Positions 17,818 through 27,839 of a stretch of 53,422 nt of DNA are shown here, piece by piece. The number at the start of each line of letters is the position of its first letter. The first letter of the stretch is position 1. The translations under genes and the position numbers were made by a program. Source of the stretch: Bacteroidales bacterium (lineage in GTDB: Bacteria > Bacteroidota > Bacteroidia > Bacteroidales > VadinHA17); NCBI GenBank assembly GCA_046484805.1, contig JAWOIF010000128.1, positions 1-53,422 of the forward strand. Direction: 5' to 3'. Under the pieces are notes generated by a model. That model ran no database searches and was not told the DNA's origin. It saw only the letters and a list, made by a program, of their open reading frames with translations.

Positions 17818-18555
17818 TTAATAGCATTTAAGTTCTCCGCCTCCGAAGATAACGGTTCCCTTGATTGTAAGCTGTCTTCCCGGATCGAAGGTCCTTCCGG
17901 GTGAGAATTTTCTTTCATCTGAGAATCCACCCAGTATAGGGGTTATCTTCAGCACCACGTTCCAGTCTTCGGGCACAATAATTTCGGTTCCGCCAAAAAC
18001 GCATGTAACCTCGAGCTCAGAGACACCAGGGGCAAGTGTCGATTTGGTGAGGTCGATCTTGTTGCCGCCGAATACACATGTGATTTCGCCGCCCGCAAAG
18101 TTGTTGCTCATTATCTGCCGGTCGCTTCCGCTGAAGACGTTTATCATATCGAGGAAATCATCCGAACCGGAATCTGACCTGTGGAAGAGTTTTCGTGAAA
18201 CCCGCTGCCCGCCGAAGATGACGATTATGCCTAAGGTTATAAATACGGCAGGCCAGAATAGTCTGTATGCGCCGAAAATGTCGGTAAAGATCTGTGGCAG
18301 CAGGAAGAAGGCACCCACGGCCATTACTATTATACCCGGGGTCTTATCGGAACTGCCGATGGTGATGACCAGGCCTATTACGATGAGCAGCATCTGCCAG
18401 CTGAAGATGATGTTGTCGATGAAAAACGGGAAGATGTTTGTGTTTCTGAGCAGCAGGAAGAAGCCTGCCATGAGCAGTACTACTCCAATAATGGCACGGT
18501 TTCCGGTGTGGTGCCTGTGCTTGTCGGGATTGTTATAATTTTCCATTGCTTTCAA
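17818..18555 (-). CDS. LiaF-like protein (DUF5668 TM region plus DUF2154 C-terminal domain)
   Basis: 4 TM with WQMLLI and FWPAVF, then repeated FGG beta motifs (CVFGGNKIDL, CVFGGTEIIVP, IFGGGELK). Confidence 0.85.
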   Translation of the reverse strand: MKAMENYNNPDKHRHHTGNRAIIGVVLLMAGFFLLLRNTNIFPFFIDNIIFSWQMLLIVIGLVITIGSSDKTPGIIVMAVGAFFLLPQIFTDIFGAYRLFWPAVFITLGIIVIFGGQRVSRKLFHRSDSGSDDFLDMINVFSGSDRQIMSNNFAGGEITCVFGGNKIDLTKSTLAPGVSELEVTCVFGGTEIIVPEDWNVVLKITPILGGFSDERKFSPGRTFDPGRQLTIKGTVIFGGGELKCY

Positions 18556-18572
18556 ATTTAATAAGTTATTGA

Positions 18573-18926
18573 TTAGTTATTTATTTTGTAACACCATTTT
18601 TTTGGCGAGGGTATCAGGAAAGTAATACCGGTAAGTACGAGCGCTGCGGGCCAGAAACCTATCCTGACCAGCTCCGGGGTTTCGTCGAAGATGTCGGGAA
18701 GAATGAACCAGGAGCCTGCAGCAAGGAAAATGACTCCGCCTGTCAGGTTTCCGTTGAGGAACATGATCAGACTGATAAATATCAGGAGCATTTCCCATCT
18801 GAAGTAGTCATGCATACTGCCCCAGCCAAGCACATCGAGTGTGGCTGCCAGCAGCATCAGTCCGAGGGCTATCAGAAAGAGACCGAAGCCTATCAGCGGA
18901 TTGCGTTTTAATCTATTGTCTTTCAT
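18573..18926 (-). CDS. LiaF-like transmembrane (DUF5668) protein
   Basis: Start re-assigned to ATG 18926 (MKDNRLKRNP). 4 TM with WEMLLI and FWPAAL, paralogous to the TM region of the next gene. Confidence 0.75.
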   Translation of the reverse strand: MKDNRLKRNPLIGFGLFLIALGLMLLAATLDVLGWGSMHDYFRWEMLLIFISLIMFLNGNLTGGVIFLAAGSWFILPDIFDETPELVRIGFWPAALVLTGITFLIPSPKKWCYKINN

Positions 18927-18957
18927 TTTGATTAAATTTATTTTTTTCAATCTGCAG

Positions 18958-18965
18958 CAAATATA
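18958..18965 (-). promoter_or_regulatory. -7 element TATATTTG for the liaF-liaF-HK-LytTR operon
   Basis: Exact TAnnTTTG 31 nt upstream of ATG 18926. Confidence 0.6.
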
Positions 18966-18997
18966 TTGGCAATAGGTATTACACTGGTAAAGCAATT

Positions 18998-19027
18998 CGG
19001 TGAATGGCCTGAAATAGACGGTAAATG
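18998..19027 (-). promoter_or_regulatory. Putative LytTR binding site: CATTTACCG-N12-CATTCACCG
   Basis: Two 9-mers (8/9 identical) at 21-bp period just upstream of the promoter of an operon encoding a LytTR regulator. Confidence 0.7.
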
Positions 19028-19089
19028 CCTGATGATTGCGGGTGGTATTACTTTTTTGTTGATAATTTTTTTTATTGCTTAAGGATTTA

Positions 19090-19097
19090 TATTTTTG
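19090..19097 (+). promoter_or_regulatory. -7 element TATTTTTG for yceD-rpmF-plsX-fabH
   Basis: Exact TAnnTTTG 18 nt before ATG 19116. Confidence 0.6.
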
Positions 19098-19115
19098 CAA
19101 TCCAAAATCCGGGGT

Positions 19116-19634
19116 ATGTCGCGACTATATACAATACCATTGAACGGTCTGAAAGATGACAGCTACTCATATGATTATGAGGTGGATGGCAGTTTTTTCA
19201 GAGCTTTCGAGGGGTCAGAAATAGGGGAGTGTAACCTGAGGCTTACTGTAGAATTACAGAAGGTTTCAGGCCAGTACAATCTCCGTTTCCTCCTCAGTGG
19301 ACCGGTTCTGGTAGTCTGTGATCGTTGCCTTGGGGAGTATATGTATACAATTGAGAGTGACGACAGACTCATTGTCAAGACGGGTGAAAAATTTGACGAC
19401 AGTGACCCCGACCTGCTTATCATACCGGCGGGTGAATCTGAACTTGATCTGAGCCAGTTCATTTATGATTATTCGCATCTTGCGATTCCTATCAGGAAGG
19501 TACATCCTGAAGGACCGGACGGAAAAAGTTTGTGTGACTCTGAAATGCTGAGAAGGCTATCAAATATTGACGAAGACAATGCCGGAAGCAGACCGGAATG
19601 GGACAAGCTCAGGGAATTGTTGCATGATAATTAA
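19116..19634 (+). CDS. yceD: DUF177/YceD 23S rRNA accumulation protein
   Basis: CDRCL motif, DLSQFIYD...LAIP and PEWDKL; conserved position upstream of rpmF. Start set at ATG 19116. Confidence 0.88.
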   Translation: MSRLYTIPLNGLKDDSYSYDYEVDGSFFRAFEGSEIGECNLRLTVELQKVSGQYNLRFLLSGPVLVVCDRCLGEYMYTIESDDRLIVKTGEKFDDSDPDLLIIPAGESELDLSQFIYDYSHLAIPIRKVHPEGPDGKSLCDSEMLRRLSNIDEDNAGSRPEWDKLRELLHDN

Positions 19635-19651
19635 AATATTATAATTGAGAA

Positions 19652-19837
19652 ATGGCACATCCAAAGAGAAAACACTCAAAGACAAGAAGAGATAAGCGCA
19701 GGACACATTATAAGGCAGAGGTTCCAACGCTTGGAAAATGTTCGAACTGTGGTTCGGCTGTTCTATACCACCGTGTTTGTCCGGAGTGCGGACACTACAG
19801 GGGTAAACTTGCTGTAGAAAAGAAAGTTACAGCATAA
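19652..19837 (+). CDS. rpmF: 50S ribosomal protein L32 (Zn-ribbon form)
   Basis: MAHPKRKHSKTRRDKRRTH, CSNC...HRVCPECGHY. Confidence 0.98.
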   Translation: MAHPKRKHSKTRRDKRRTHYKAEVPTLGKCSNCGSAVLYHRVCPECGHYRGKLAVEKKVTA

Positions 19838-19862
19838 TATCTGAACACACAACCTTGGCTCC

Positions 19863-20819
19863 ATGAGAATAGGTCTGGATGCAATGGGGGGGGATTTCGC
19901 ACCCCGGGCTGCCGTTGAAGGCGCCATAGATGTTCTGTCGATGCTTGATGATGAGACAAGAATGGTTCTGATCGGTGACGAGCCTCAGATAACTGCCATT
20001 CTGGAAGAGCTCTCTGTCGACGGGTCTGGTTTTGATATTATTCATACCAGCGAGGTGATAGGCATGGCTGACCATCCGGCGAAGGCTTTTTCTCAGAAAA
20101 GAAATTCCAGTATTGCGGTGGGTTTCGGCATGTTGAAGAAGGGTCTTATTGACGGTTTTGCAAGTGCCGGAAATACCGGTGCAATGCTTGTAGGTGCAAG
20201 TTATACCGTTAATGTTATTCCGGGAATTTACAGGCCGGCGCTGGCAACCCTGGTTCCATCAATATCAGGAAAATCCTCAGTATTGCTTGATGTTGGGATC
20301 AATCCTGACACCAAACCTGATATACTTTTGCAGTACGGAATACTGGGCACCATGTACTCCAGGCACGTAATGGGAGTAGCCAATCCCCGGGTTGCGCTGA
20401 TCAATATCGGTGAAGAGGAGACCAAGGGAACAATGGCAGTGCGTTCGGCATATGAGATGATGAAAGACCATCCTGATATCAATTTTGTGGGAAATGTTGA
20501 GGGGAACGCCCTTTTTAGCGCTAATATGCCTGAGGTATTGGTATGTGACGGCTTTGTAGGTAATGTTATAATCAAGCAGGCAGAGGCTTTCTTTATGCTT
20601 TTAAAATCAAAGAACATAAATGATCCGTTTTTTGACCGGTTTGATTTTGAGAATATCGGAGGGACACCTGTAATCGGCGTAAATGCAAATGTTGTTATCG
20701 GCCATGGAATTTCAAAGCGCAAGGCTATAGCAAACATGATCCTTGAGACGGTTAACGTAGTGAAAGCCGATCTGGCTGGCAGGATTAAACTTACACTTTC
20801 AAATGGAAAAGATGATTAG
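19863..20819 (+). CDS. plsX: Phosphate acyltransferase PlsX
   Basis: [32 protein letters not shown] and CDGFVGN. Confidence 0.97.
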   Translation: MRIGLDAMGGDFAPRAAVEGAIDVLSMLDDETRMVLIGDEPQITAILEELSVDGSGFDIIHTSEVIGMADHPAKAFSQKRNSSIAVGFGMLKKGLIDGFASAGNTGAMLVGASYTVNVIPGIYRPALATLVPSISGKSSVLLDVGINPDTKPDILLQYGILGTMYSRHVMGVANPRVALINIGEEETKGTMAVRSAYEMMKDHPDINFVGNVEGNALFSANMPEVLVCDGFVGNVIIKQAEAFFMLLKSKNINDPFFDRFDFENIGGTPVIGVNANVVIGHGISKRKAIANMILETVNVVKADLAGRIKLTLSNGKDD

Positions 20820-21807
20820 AGCAGCTATCACCGGATTGAATGCCTGGGTTCCTGATTACAGGCTTACCAATGACGAGCTTGCAACCATGGTTGATACTTC
20901 CGATGAATGGATAATGCAGCGGGTGGGGATAAAGGAGAGAAGGATACTCAAGGAAGAGGGCGCCGGTTCGTCTGAACTCGGAGCCAGGGCAGTACGCGGA
21001 CTCCTCGAAAAGACAGGTACTTCTCCCGATGAGATAGAATTGCTGGTATGCGCTACCATTACGCCTGATATGTTTTTTCCCGCTACGGCTAACATAATAT
21101 GCGACAAGGTCGGAATTAAGAATGGCTTTAGTTTTGATATCGGAGCCGCATGTTCAGGCTTTATTTTTGCCCTGAAAACAGCTGCCGCCTATATTGAATC
21201 GGGAAACGTGAAGAAGGCAATTGTTGTAGGAGCCGATAAAATGTCTTCAATAACTGACTATACTGACAGAACAACCTGCCCTCTTTTCGGAGATGCAGCC
21301 GGTGCTGTTCTGCTGGAACCTGCAGTTGATGAAACCGGAATAATGGATTATATCTTCCATGTTGACGGTTCGGGAGGAAAATACCTGCATATGAAGGCCG
21401 GAGGCTCGGCAAGGCCTGCCTCTCATGAAACTGTCGATGCCAAGGAACATTTTATATTTCAGGAGGGACAGAGCGTATTTAAGTTTGCTGTCTCAAAAAT
21501 GGCTGATGTTGCTGTTGAGCTGATGGAGAAAAATAGCCTGAAACCTGAGGATATTGCATGGCTGGTTCCGCATCAGGCAAACCTCAGGATTATCGACGCA
21601 ACCGGAAAGCGGATGGGACTGCCACCGGAAAAGGTAATGGTAAACATCGAGAATTACGGCAACACAACTGCTGCGACAATCCCTCTCTGCCTCTATGACT
21701 ACCGGCAAAAACTGCACAAGGGCGACAAGATTATACTTGCTGCATTCGGGGGCGGCTTTACCTGGGGATCGGTCTACATTATCTGGTCATACGACCCTAA
21801 AGAGTAA
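20803..21807 (+). CDS. fabH: Beta-ketoacyl-ACP synthase III
   Basis: [32 protein letters not shown] and FGGGFTWG. Confidence 0.97.
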   Translation: MEKMIRAAITGLNAWVPDYRLTNDELATMVDTSDEWIMQRVGIKERRILKEEGAGSSELGARAVRGLLEKTGTSPDEIELLVCATITPDMFFPATANIICDKVGIKNGFSFDIGAACSGFIFALKTAAAYIESGNVKKAIVVGADKMSSITDYTDRTTCPLFGDAAGAVLLEPAVDETGIMDYIFHVDGSGGKYLHMKAGGSARPASHETVDAKEHFIFQEGQSVFKFAVSKMADVAVELMEKNSLKPEDIAWLVPHQANLRIIDATGKRMGLPPEKVMVNIENYGNTTAATIPLCLYDYRQKLHKGDKIILAAFGGGFTWGSVYIIWSYDPKE

Positions 21808-21839
21808 AGGATTTTTTCCCTTCCTATCGCAATAGTTCT

Positions 21840-21847
21840 TATATTTG
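21840..21847 (+). promoter_or_regulatory. -7 element TATATTTG for the bactofilin-atp operon
   Basis: Exact TAnnTTTG between the fabH stop and ATG 21892. Confidence 0.6.
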
Positions 21848-21891
21848 TGAGTTATTTGAAGAAGGTGATTATTAAAAAAAATTGGGGAGAT

Positions 21892-22284
21892 ATGGCCAAG
21901 ATTAACGAAGCAGAAGGTACTACAGCTATCAATCTTATCAGTAACGGCACGGAAATTACCGGGGATATAAATTCATCAGGTGATATCAGGATCGACGGAT
22001 CGCTGGTAGGAAATCTGAAGACCAAGGGAAAGGTAGTAATCGGACCGACCGGCAGGGCGAAGGGTGAACTTTACTGTAAGAATGTAGAAGTTTCAGGGAC
22101 TATTGAAGGAAAGCTTGCGGTGGAACAGTTATTGAACCTCAAGTCTACTTCAAAGATTAACGGAGAAATTATAACCACCAGGCTTTCAATAGAGCCGGGT
22201 GCCAAATTCACGGGCACCTGCAAAATGAGCGAGGACGTGAATAATGGAGGAACCGTCATCCCCAAAGGGAAAGAGGGACAGTGA
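21892..22284 (+). CDS. Bactofilin (polymer-forming cytoskeletal protein)
   Basis: GTEITGDINSSGDIRIDG...IEPGAKFTG beta-helix repeats. Start set at ATG 21892. Confidence 0.9.
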   Translation: MAKINEAEGTTAINLISNGTEITGDINSSGDIRIDGSLVGNLKTKGKVVIGPTGRAKGELYCKNVEVSGTIEGKLAVEQLLNLKSTSKINGEIITTRLSIEPGAKFTGTCKMSEDVNNGGTVIPKGKEGQ

Positions 22285-22489
22285 TAAGGAACCCGAAACC
22301 CCTTTTAAATCCTATGCAAAGTACAGTGGAATTGCTGTACAGATGATCGTGATCATCCTGGTATCAGTATGGGGTGGAAGAAAACTGGACGAAATTGCAG
22401 GAACCGAAATCCCGGTATTCACTGCAATCCTTTCACTTGTGGGTGTTGTTGCCGCAATCTATACATCAATCAAAGACCTGATCAGATAA
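22244..22489 (+). CDS. AtpZ/AtpI-family (AtpQ-like) ATP synthase accessory protein
   Basis: YSGIAVQM...GGRKLDE...LSLVGV two-helix pattern, upstream of atpB. Confidence 0.8.
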   Translation: MEEPSSPKGKRDSDKEPETPFKSYAKYSGIAVQMIVIILVSVWGGRKLDEIAGTEIPVFTAILSLVGVVAAIYTSIKDLIR

Positions 22490-22499
22490 ATTATATGCC

Positions 22500-22883
22500 T
22501 TGAAACGATATGCAAGGGATATAGCGATTCTTTCCATCCTGGCAGTTTTCCTGTTTGCCATTACTATGATTCTTACTGTAAGAATTGATTTCTTTGCACA
22601 GGCTGACAAAGCAGCTGCACTGATTCCTGCTTTCCTTGCAATAGGCTTGGGTATATTGGGATTGAGTCATGCAGGGAAAAACAAAAAACCTGAGCAGCAG
22701 ACTCTCTTTACACTGGCTGCTGTCGGGCTTAAATTTTTACTGCCGGCGATACTTGCAGTGGTATGGTTTGCGATCCTAAAAAAGACCAGCCATGCCGATG
22801 TATTACTGTTTTTTGTAGTATATTTAACCATTTCGATAGCGACAGTAATGCTTGTTGTGAAAAACCTTGGAAACCAACCTTAA
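22500..22883 (+). CDS. 4-TM membrane protein of the atp operon (AtpI-like)
   Basis: Four hydrophobic segments with GLKF and FFVVY; position immediately before atpB. Confidence 0.65.
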   Translation: MKRYARDIAILSILAVFLFAITMILTVRIDFFAQADKAAALIPAFLAIGLGILGLSHAGKNKKPEQQTLFTLAAVGLKFLLPAILAVVWFAILKKTSHADVLLFFVVYLTISIATVMLVVKNLGNQP

Positions 22884-22896
22884 CTGACCGGTCATT

Positions 22897-23961
22897 TTGG
22901 CAAAGAGCAGATTGAAATACCTGACGCTGATAATGCTGATCTCCACCGCAACACTCTTTGCACAGCATGCTGAAGATGATCACGGCACCAACGCCGACAA
23001 TGAGGGGGAGTTTACAGCTACGGAATTCATACTTGATCATATCGCTGACTCACACGAATGGCATATACTTACAACCCCGGCAGGTAAACACCTGTCGGTT
23101 TACCTTCCGGTTATTATATACAGTAAGCACACCGGTTTCCACCTCTTCTCATCGCGACATATTTCGCACGGACACAACCACAGGGGCTTTTCAGTCCCCA
23201 TGGAGGGAGAACAGAAGGGCAGGATAATTGAAGAGACGCATGAGAAGGAAGGAGAGCTCTATTATATGCCTCTCGATCTCTCAATTACAAAAAATGTGGC
23301 GGCAATGATGGTGGCAGCTGCTATTGGGCTATTGTTGTTCATATCACTGGCACGCTCATATAGCAAATCCGGCATTTCAGAACCGAGGGGTATCCAGGGG
23401 CTGCTCGAACCTGTAATACTGTTTGTAAAGGATGACATCGCAATTCCAAACATGGGAGAGAAGAACCTTGAGAAGTTCCTTCCATATCTCCTTACGATCT
23501 TTTTCTTTATATTGATCAACAACCTGCTGGGCCTGGTCCCCTTTTTCCCTTTTGGAGCCAATGTTACAGGTAATATCGCGGTCACCTTCGTGCTTGCATC
23601 GTTTACATTCCTTGTTACTCAGTTCAGCGGAAACCGTCAATACTGGAGACATGTTTTTGCCACCCCGGGGGTACCTCTCTGGTTACTACCGGTAATGATG
23701 GTGGTTGAGATGATAGGCCTCATTGCAAAGCCTTTTGCACTTATGGTACGTCTGTTTGCCAACATCACAGCAGGCCATATCATAATATTGGGACTAATCA
23801 GCATTATATTTATTTTTAAAACTTTATGGGTTTTGCCCGGAGCGGCTCTTTTTGTAATGTTCATGTATTGTCTTGAGCTGCTGGTGGCATTCCTTCAGGC
23901 ATACGTATTTACTCTTCTTTCGGCTCTATTCATTGGAATAGCAGTCGAGGAGCATCATTAA
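22897..23961 (+). CDS. atpB: ATP synthase Fo subunit a
   Basis: NNLLGLVP, KPFALMVRLFANITAGH and ELLVAFLQAYVF; signal-peptide-like, His-rich N-terminal extension. Confidence 0.97.
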   Translation: MAKSRLKYLTLIMLISTATLFAQHAEDDHGTNADNEGEFTATEFILDHIADSHEWHILTTPAGKHLSVYLPVIIYSKHTGFHLFSSRHISHGHNHRGFSVPMEGEQKGRIIEETHEKEGELYYMPLDLSITKNVAAMMVAAAIGLLLFISLARSYSKSGISEPRGIQGLLEPVILFVKDDIAIPNMGEKNLEKFLPYLLTIFFFILINNLLGLVPFFPFGANVTGNIAVTFVLASFTFLVTQFSGNRQYWRHVFATPGVPLWLLPVMMVVEMIGLIAKPFALMVRLFANITAGHIIILGLISIIFIFKTLWVLPGAALFVMFMYCLELLVAFLQAYVFTLLSALFIGIAVEEHH

Positions 23962-23986
23962 TATTGTTTAACTAATACTTGAAGCT

Positions 23987-24190
23987 ATGACTTTTTCATT
24001 AGCAGCAATCGGAGCAGGGATAGCCGTAATTGGTGCTGCCATCGGGATCGGAAAGATCGGAGGCAATGCCATGGAGGCCATCGCGCGGCAACCAGAAGCT
24101 GCATCGCGGATCCAGACGGCAATGATCATTTCAGCCGCTCTGATCGAAGGGGCAGCACTCTTTGCAATCGTTGTGGCCCTGCTTAAGTAA
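23987..24190 (+). CDS. atpE: ATP synthase Fo subunit c
   Basis: GAGIAVIGAAIGIG, ARQPE loop and ALIEG carboxylate. Confidence 0.97.
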   Translation: MTFSLAAIGAGIAVIGAAIGIGKIGGNAMEAIARQPEAASRIQTAMIISAALIEGAALFAIVVALLK

Positions 24191-24200
24191 AACCAATTTC

Positions 24201-24236
24201 GGGAGGCCTACTGCAGCGATTGGCTGCAGGTCTCCC
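24201..24236 (+). other. Stem-loop between atpE and atpF
   Basis: GGGAGGC/GTCTCCC outer stem, CTA bulge, CTGCAGC/GCTGCAG inner stem and GATTG loop; no U-tract. Confidence 0.7.
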
Positions 24237-24259
24237 CTTAATTGAAAAAAATTATTGCC

Positions 24260-24772
24260 ATGATAACCGCTAACAGCTTAGCAACACCGGCTTTGGGACT
24301 TATCGTCTGGACGACAGTAATATTCCTGATTTTCTTTTTTCTGCTCAGGAAATATGCCTGGCCCCCGGTGCTTAATGCCATACATGCACGGAACGAAAGG
24401 ATAAGGAGCTCACTGCTTGCAGCTGAGAAAGCACGTGAGGAAATGATAAGACTTCAGGCCGATAATGAAGCCATCCTGCGTGAAGCCAGGGAAGAGCGCG
24501 ACCAGCTCGTCAGGGAAGCCCGCGAAGCTGCAGAGCAAATCGTCACCAACTCGAGAGATAAGGCCGCGCTGGAGGCAACGGCAATCATAATCAGGGCCCG
24601 GCAGGCAATTGAGAGAGAAAAGGATGCCGCAATGATAGATATAAGACAGCAGGTAGCCTCAATTTCAATAGATATAGCCTCACGGGTTTTACAGGAAAAA
24701 TTGTCCGTCACAGGTGAGCAGGAGAAACTTATAGAAAAGTATCTCAATGAATTTGACAGCGGCAAGAACTGA
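24260..24772 (+). CDS. atpF: ATP synthase Fo subunit b
   Basis: GLIVWTTVIFLIFFFLLRKYAWPPV followed by a coiled coil. Start set at ATG 24260. Confidence 0.95.
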   Translation: MITANSLATPALGLIVWTTVIFLIFFFLLRKYAWPPVLNAIHARNERIRSSLLAAEKAREEMIRLQADNEAILREAREERDQLVREAREAAEQIVTNSRDKAALEATAIIIRARQAIEREKDAAMIDIRQQVASISIDIASRVLQEKLSVTGEQEKLIEKYLNEFDSGKN

Positions 24773-24789
24773 AAAGAGACCGTAACAAG

Positions 24790-25320
24790 ATGAATGAAAG
24801 CAGGATTTCGGTAAGGTATGCGAAGGCACTTTTTGAAGCAGCTCTTGAGAGAGAACTGCTCGAACAGACGAAAGTGGATATGACCCTCATTCTTGAGGTG
24901 AGCAGTCTTACTGAGTTTCGCCAGCTCACCGATAATCCTACGATTCCTCCATCAAAGAAGATGGCAATCTTCAATGAAACATTCCGGAAACATGTAAATC
25001 ATCTTACGCTTGACCTCGCCGGTCTGGTTTTTAAAAACCGCCGCGAAGAATACCTTCCTGCAATTGCCAGAAATTTTGTTACAATGTCTAAAAAGCATCT
25101 CGGCATTGCAGAAGTTACTCTGACTACGGCTTATACAACAGATCGGAAGACAAGTGAATCAATACGTAAAGAGGTAGCCAGGACGCTGGATACCAATATT
25201 GATATGAAGGAGAAAGTTGATTCTTCAATAATAGGTGGCTTTGTAATAAGGGTTGAAGACAGACTCTTTGATGCAAGTGTAAGGGAGAAGCTCAGGAGGA
25301 TAAAGAAGGAGATGATGTAG
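24790..25320 (+). CDS. atpH: ATP synthase F1 subunit delta
   Basis: SVRYAKALF and [22 protein letters not shown]. Confidence 0.95.
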   Translation: MNESRISVRYAKALFEAALERELLEQTKVDMTLILEVSSLTEFRQLTDNPTIPPSKKMAIFNETFRKHVNHLTLDLAGLVFKNRREEYLPAIARNFVTMSKKHLGIAEVTLTTAYTTDRKTSESIRKEVARTLDTNIDMKEKVDSSIIGGFVIRVEDRLFDASVREKLRRIKKEMM

Positions 25321-25369
25321 AAACTGCGGTAATCACACCAGCAAAGAAAGAATATATAATTCGAATGAT

Positions 25370-26953
25370 ATGACAAGTATAAAACCTGCAGAAGTTTCAA
25401 GGATATTGAAAGAGCAGCTTCAGGGGGTTCAGACAGGCGCCTCACTTGATGAGGTCGGCTCTGTTATTATGGTTGGTGACGGTATTGCAAGGCTTTATGG
25501 CCTTTCTAACGTGCAATCGAATGAGCTTATCGAATTTGAGAATGGCATTAACGCAATTGTGCTTAATCTTGAGGAGGATAATGTTGGTGCAGTATTGCTT
25601 GGCCCTTCGGAAGAGATAAACGAGGGAGATATTGCCAGGCGCACCGGAAGGATAGCATCTATTATGGTTGGGGATGGTCTGCTCGGCAGAGTAGTGAATA
25701 CCCTTGGACAACCGCTTGATGCCAAAGGTCCCATTACCGGTAAGATGTATGAATTGCCATTCGAGCGAAAGGCTCCCGGGGTAATATTCCGGCAGCCTGT
25801 CAAGCAGCCGCTTCAGACAGGTATTAAGGCAATTGATGCAATGATTCCTATCGGCCGCGGCCAGCGCGAACTTATCATTGGCGACCGCCAAACTGGTAAA
25901 ACAGCAATAGCAATTGACACCATCATCAATCAGCGGGAAAATTTCAAAAAGGGAAAACCGGTTTATTGTGTTTATGTAGCTATAGGACAGAAGGGATCAA
26001 CTGTGGCCAATATCGCCGCAACCCTTGAGCAGTATGGCGCACTCGAATACACTGTAATTGTTCTTGCTACTGCTGCTGATCCTGCGGCCGCCCAGTTCTA
26101 TGCTCCGTTTGCGGGGGCTGCAATAGGTGAGTTCTTCAGAGATACAGGCCGTGATGCCCTTATAATCTATGACGACCTTTCAAAGCAGGCAGTTGCATAC
26201 AGGGAAGTATCACTGTTGCTTCGTCGGCCACCCGGCAGGGAAGCCTATCCCGGAGATATCTTTTACCTGCATTCACGACTCCTTGAGCGTGCTGCAAAGA
26301 TCATTGAATCAGACAAGGTCGCTGCATCAATGAATGACCTTCCCGATTCAATTAAACATCTTGTTAAGGGGGGCGGATCTCTCACAGCACTTCCTGTTAT
26401 CGAAACCCAGGCCGGTGATGTCTCGGCATATATTCCCACAAATGTCATCTCAATAACTGACGGGCAGATATTCCTTGAATCGTCATATTTCAATGCCGGA
26501 ATTCGCCCCGCAATCAACGTGGGCATATCGGTATCACGTGTGGGAGGAAATGCTCAGATAAAATCGATGAAGAAAATTGCCGGCTCTCTTAAGGTAGACC
26601 AGGCACAATACCGTGAACTTGAGGCCTTTGCCAAATTCGGGTCTGATCTCGATAATGCAACCCTTTCGATACTCGACAAGGGAGCCAAGAATGTTGAGAT
26701 ACTTAAACAGGGGCAATACAACCCGGTTCCTGTAGAAAAACAAGTTGCAATTATCTATTGCGGAACACGCGGACTTCTGAGGGATATTGATATTGAAAGA
26801 GTTAAGGAATTCGAGACAGAATACCTGATGGAACTTGAAACTTCGCACCGCGAAGTGCTCGACAGGGTGAGGGATGGAGAGATGAGTGAAGAGATTACTT
26901 CCGTTTTCGAGAGTACAGCGGCAATGATTATTGAAAAAATGAGGCAGAGCTGA
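25370..26953 (+). CDS. atpA: ATP synthase F1 subunit alpha
   Basis: [14 protein letters not shown] and [24 protein letters not shown]. Confidence 0.99.
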   Translation: MTSIKPAEVSRILKEQLQGVQTGASLDEVGSVIMVGDGIARLYGLSNVQSNELIEFENGINAIVLNLEEDNVGAVLLGPSEEINEGDIARRTGRIASIMVGDGLLGRVVNTLGQPLDAKGPITGKMYELPFERKAPGVIFRQPVKQPLQTGIKAIDAMIPIGRGQRELIIGDRQTGKTAIAIDTIINQRENFKKGKPVYCVYVAIGQKGSTVANIAATLEQYGALEYTVIVLATAADPAAAQFYAPFAGAAIGEFFRDTGRDALIIYDDLSKQAVAYREVSLLLRRPPGREAYPGDIFYLHSRLLERAAKIIESDKVAASMNDLPDSIKHLVKGGGSLTALPVIETQAGDVSAYIPTNVISITDGQIFLESSYFNAGIRPAINVGISVSRVGGNAQIKSMKKIAGSLKVDQAQYRELEAFAKFGSDLDNATLSILDKGAKNVEILKQGQYNPVPVEKQVAIIYCGTRGLLRDIDIERVKEFETEYLMELETSHREVLDRVRDGEMSEEITSVFESTAAMIIEKMRQS

Positions 26954-26954
26954 A

Positions 26955-27839
26955 ATGGCAAACCTTAAGGCCATACGGAACAGGATAGTATCAGTCAGGT
27001 CAACACGCCAGATCACCTCGGCAATGAAGATGGTGGCCGCAGCAAAACTGCGCAAGGCACAAGACAGAATAGTAATGATGAGACCCTATGCAAATAAGCT
27101 GAGGGAGATACTGTCAGGCCTTGCCCACAGCCTGTGTGAGACTGGCTCAGAATGTATCTACAGCCGAAAGTCAGATCCCGAAAAGGTCCTTATTGTAGTC
27201 ATTACCTCCAACAGGGGCCTTTGCGGCGCATTTAACGCTAATGTGATCCGCGAGGTCAAAAGACTGTTAACTGAGGAGTACGAAATACAGCACCGAAAGG
27301 GAGATCTTTCATTCATTGCAATTGGCAAAAAGGGATATGATTTCCTCAGGAAGATTGAGAACTGCGACCTTGAAGAGTACAATCACCTCTTCAACAAAAT
27401 GGGATTTGAAAGTGTGTCGAAGCTCGCATCGGCAATTATGGCTGATTTTGCCAGCGAACGGTTTCACAAGGTGGTTCTTGTATATAACCAGTTTAAGAAT
27501 GCTGCCGTTCAAAGACTTTCCACCGAGGTTTTTCTTCCAATTGAAATAGAGGAACCCGATGATGAATCACCTATAATCACCGACTATATATACGAGCCCG
27601 ATCAGAACAATATCGTAACCGAACTCATTCCTAAAACACTTAAGATCCAGTTTTACAAGGCACTTCTCGATTCGGCGGCTGCCGAACACGGCGCAAGAAT
27701 GACATCAATGCATCTGGCAACCGATAACGCCACCGAACTTATCAGAGAGCTTTCCCTGCAGTATAATAAGGCCAGACAAGCCTCAATTACAAGTCAGATA
27801 CTTGAAGTTGTCAGCGGGGCGGAGGCCCTTAAGGGATAG
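26955..27839 (+). CDS. atpG: ATP synthase F1 subunit gamma
   Basis: QITSAMKMVAAAK, RGLCGAFN and YNKARQASIT. Confidence 0.98.
   Translation: MANLKAIRNRIVSVRSTRQITSAMKMVAAAKLRKAQDRIVMMRPYANKLREILSGLAHSLCETGSECIYSRKSDPEKVLIVVITSNRGLCGAFNANVIREVKRLLTEEYEIQHRKGDLSFIAIGKKGYDFLRKIENCDLEEYNHLFNKMGFESVSKLASAIMADFASERFHKVVLVYNQFKNAAVQRLSTEVFLPIEIEEPDDESPIITDYIYEPDQNNIVTELIPKTLKIQFYKALLDSAAAEHGARMTSMHLATDNATELIRELSLQYNKARQASITSQILEVVSGAEALKG

Noticed and set aside
17861-18538. Long antisense ORFs (e.g. 17861..18538, 41719..42366, 40127..40744, 26534..27055)
   Set aside because: They lie opposite well-supported genes, have no motifs, and show the composition expected of shadow frames.
18927-19115. Extended N-termini in the ORF track (e.g. 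19100-, 19095+, also 29687+, 37712+, 37727-, 50112-)
   Set aside because: The extensions run across promoter elements or into neighbouring genes; downstream starts fit family N-termini better.
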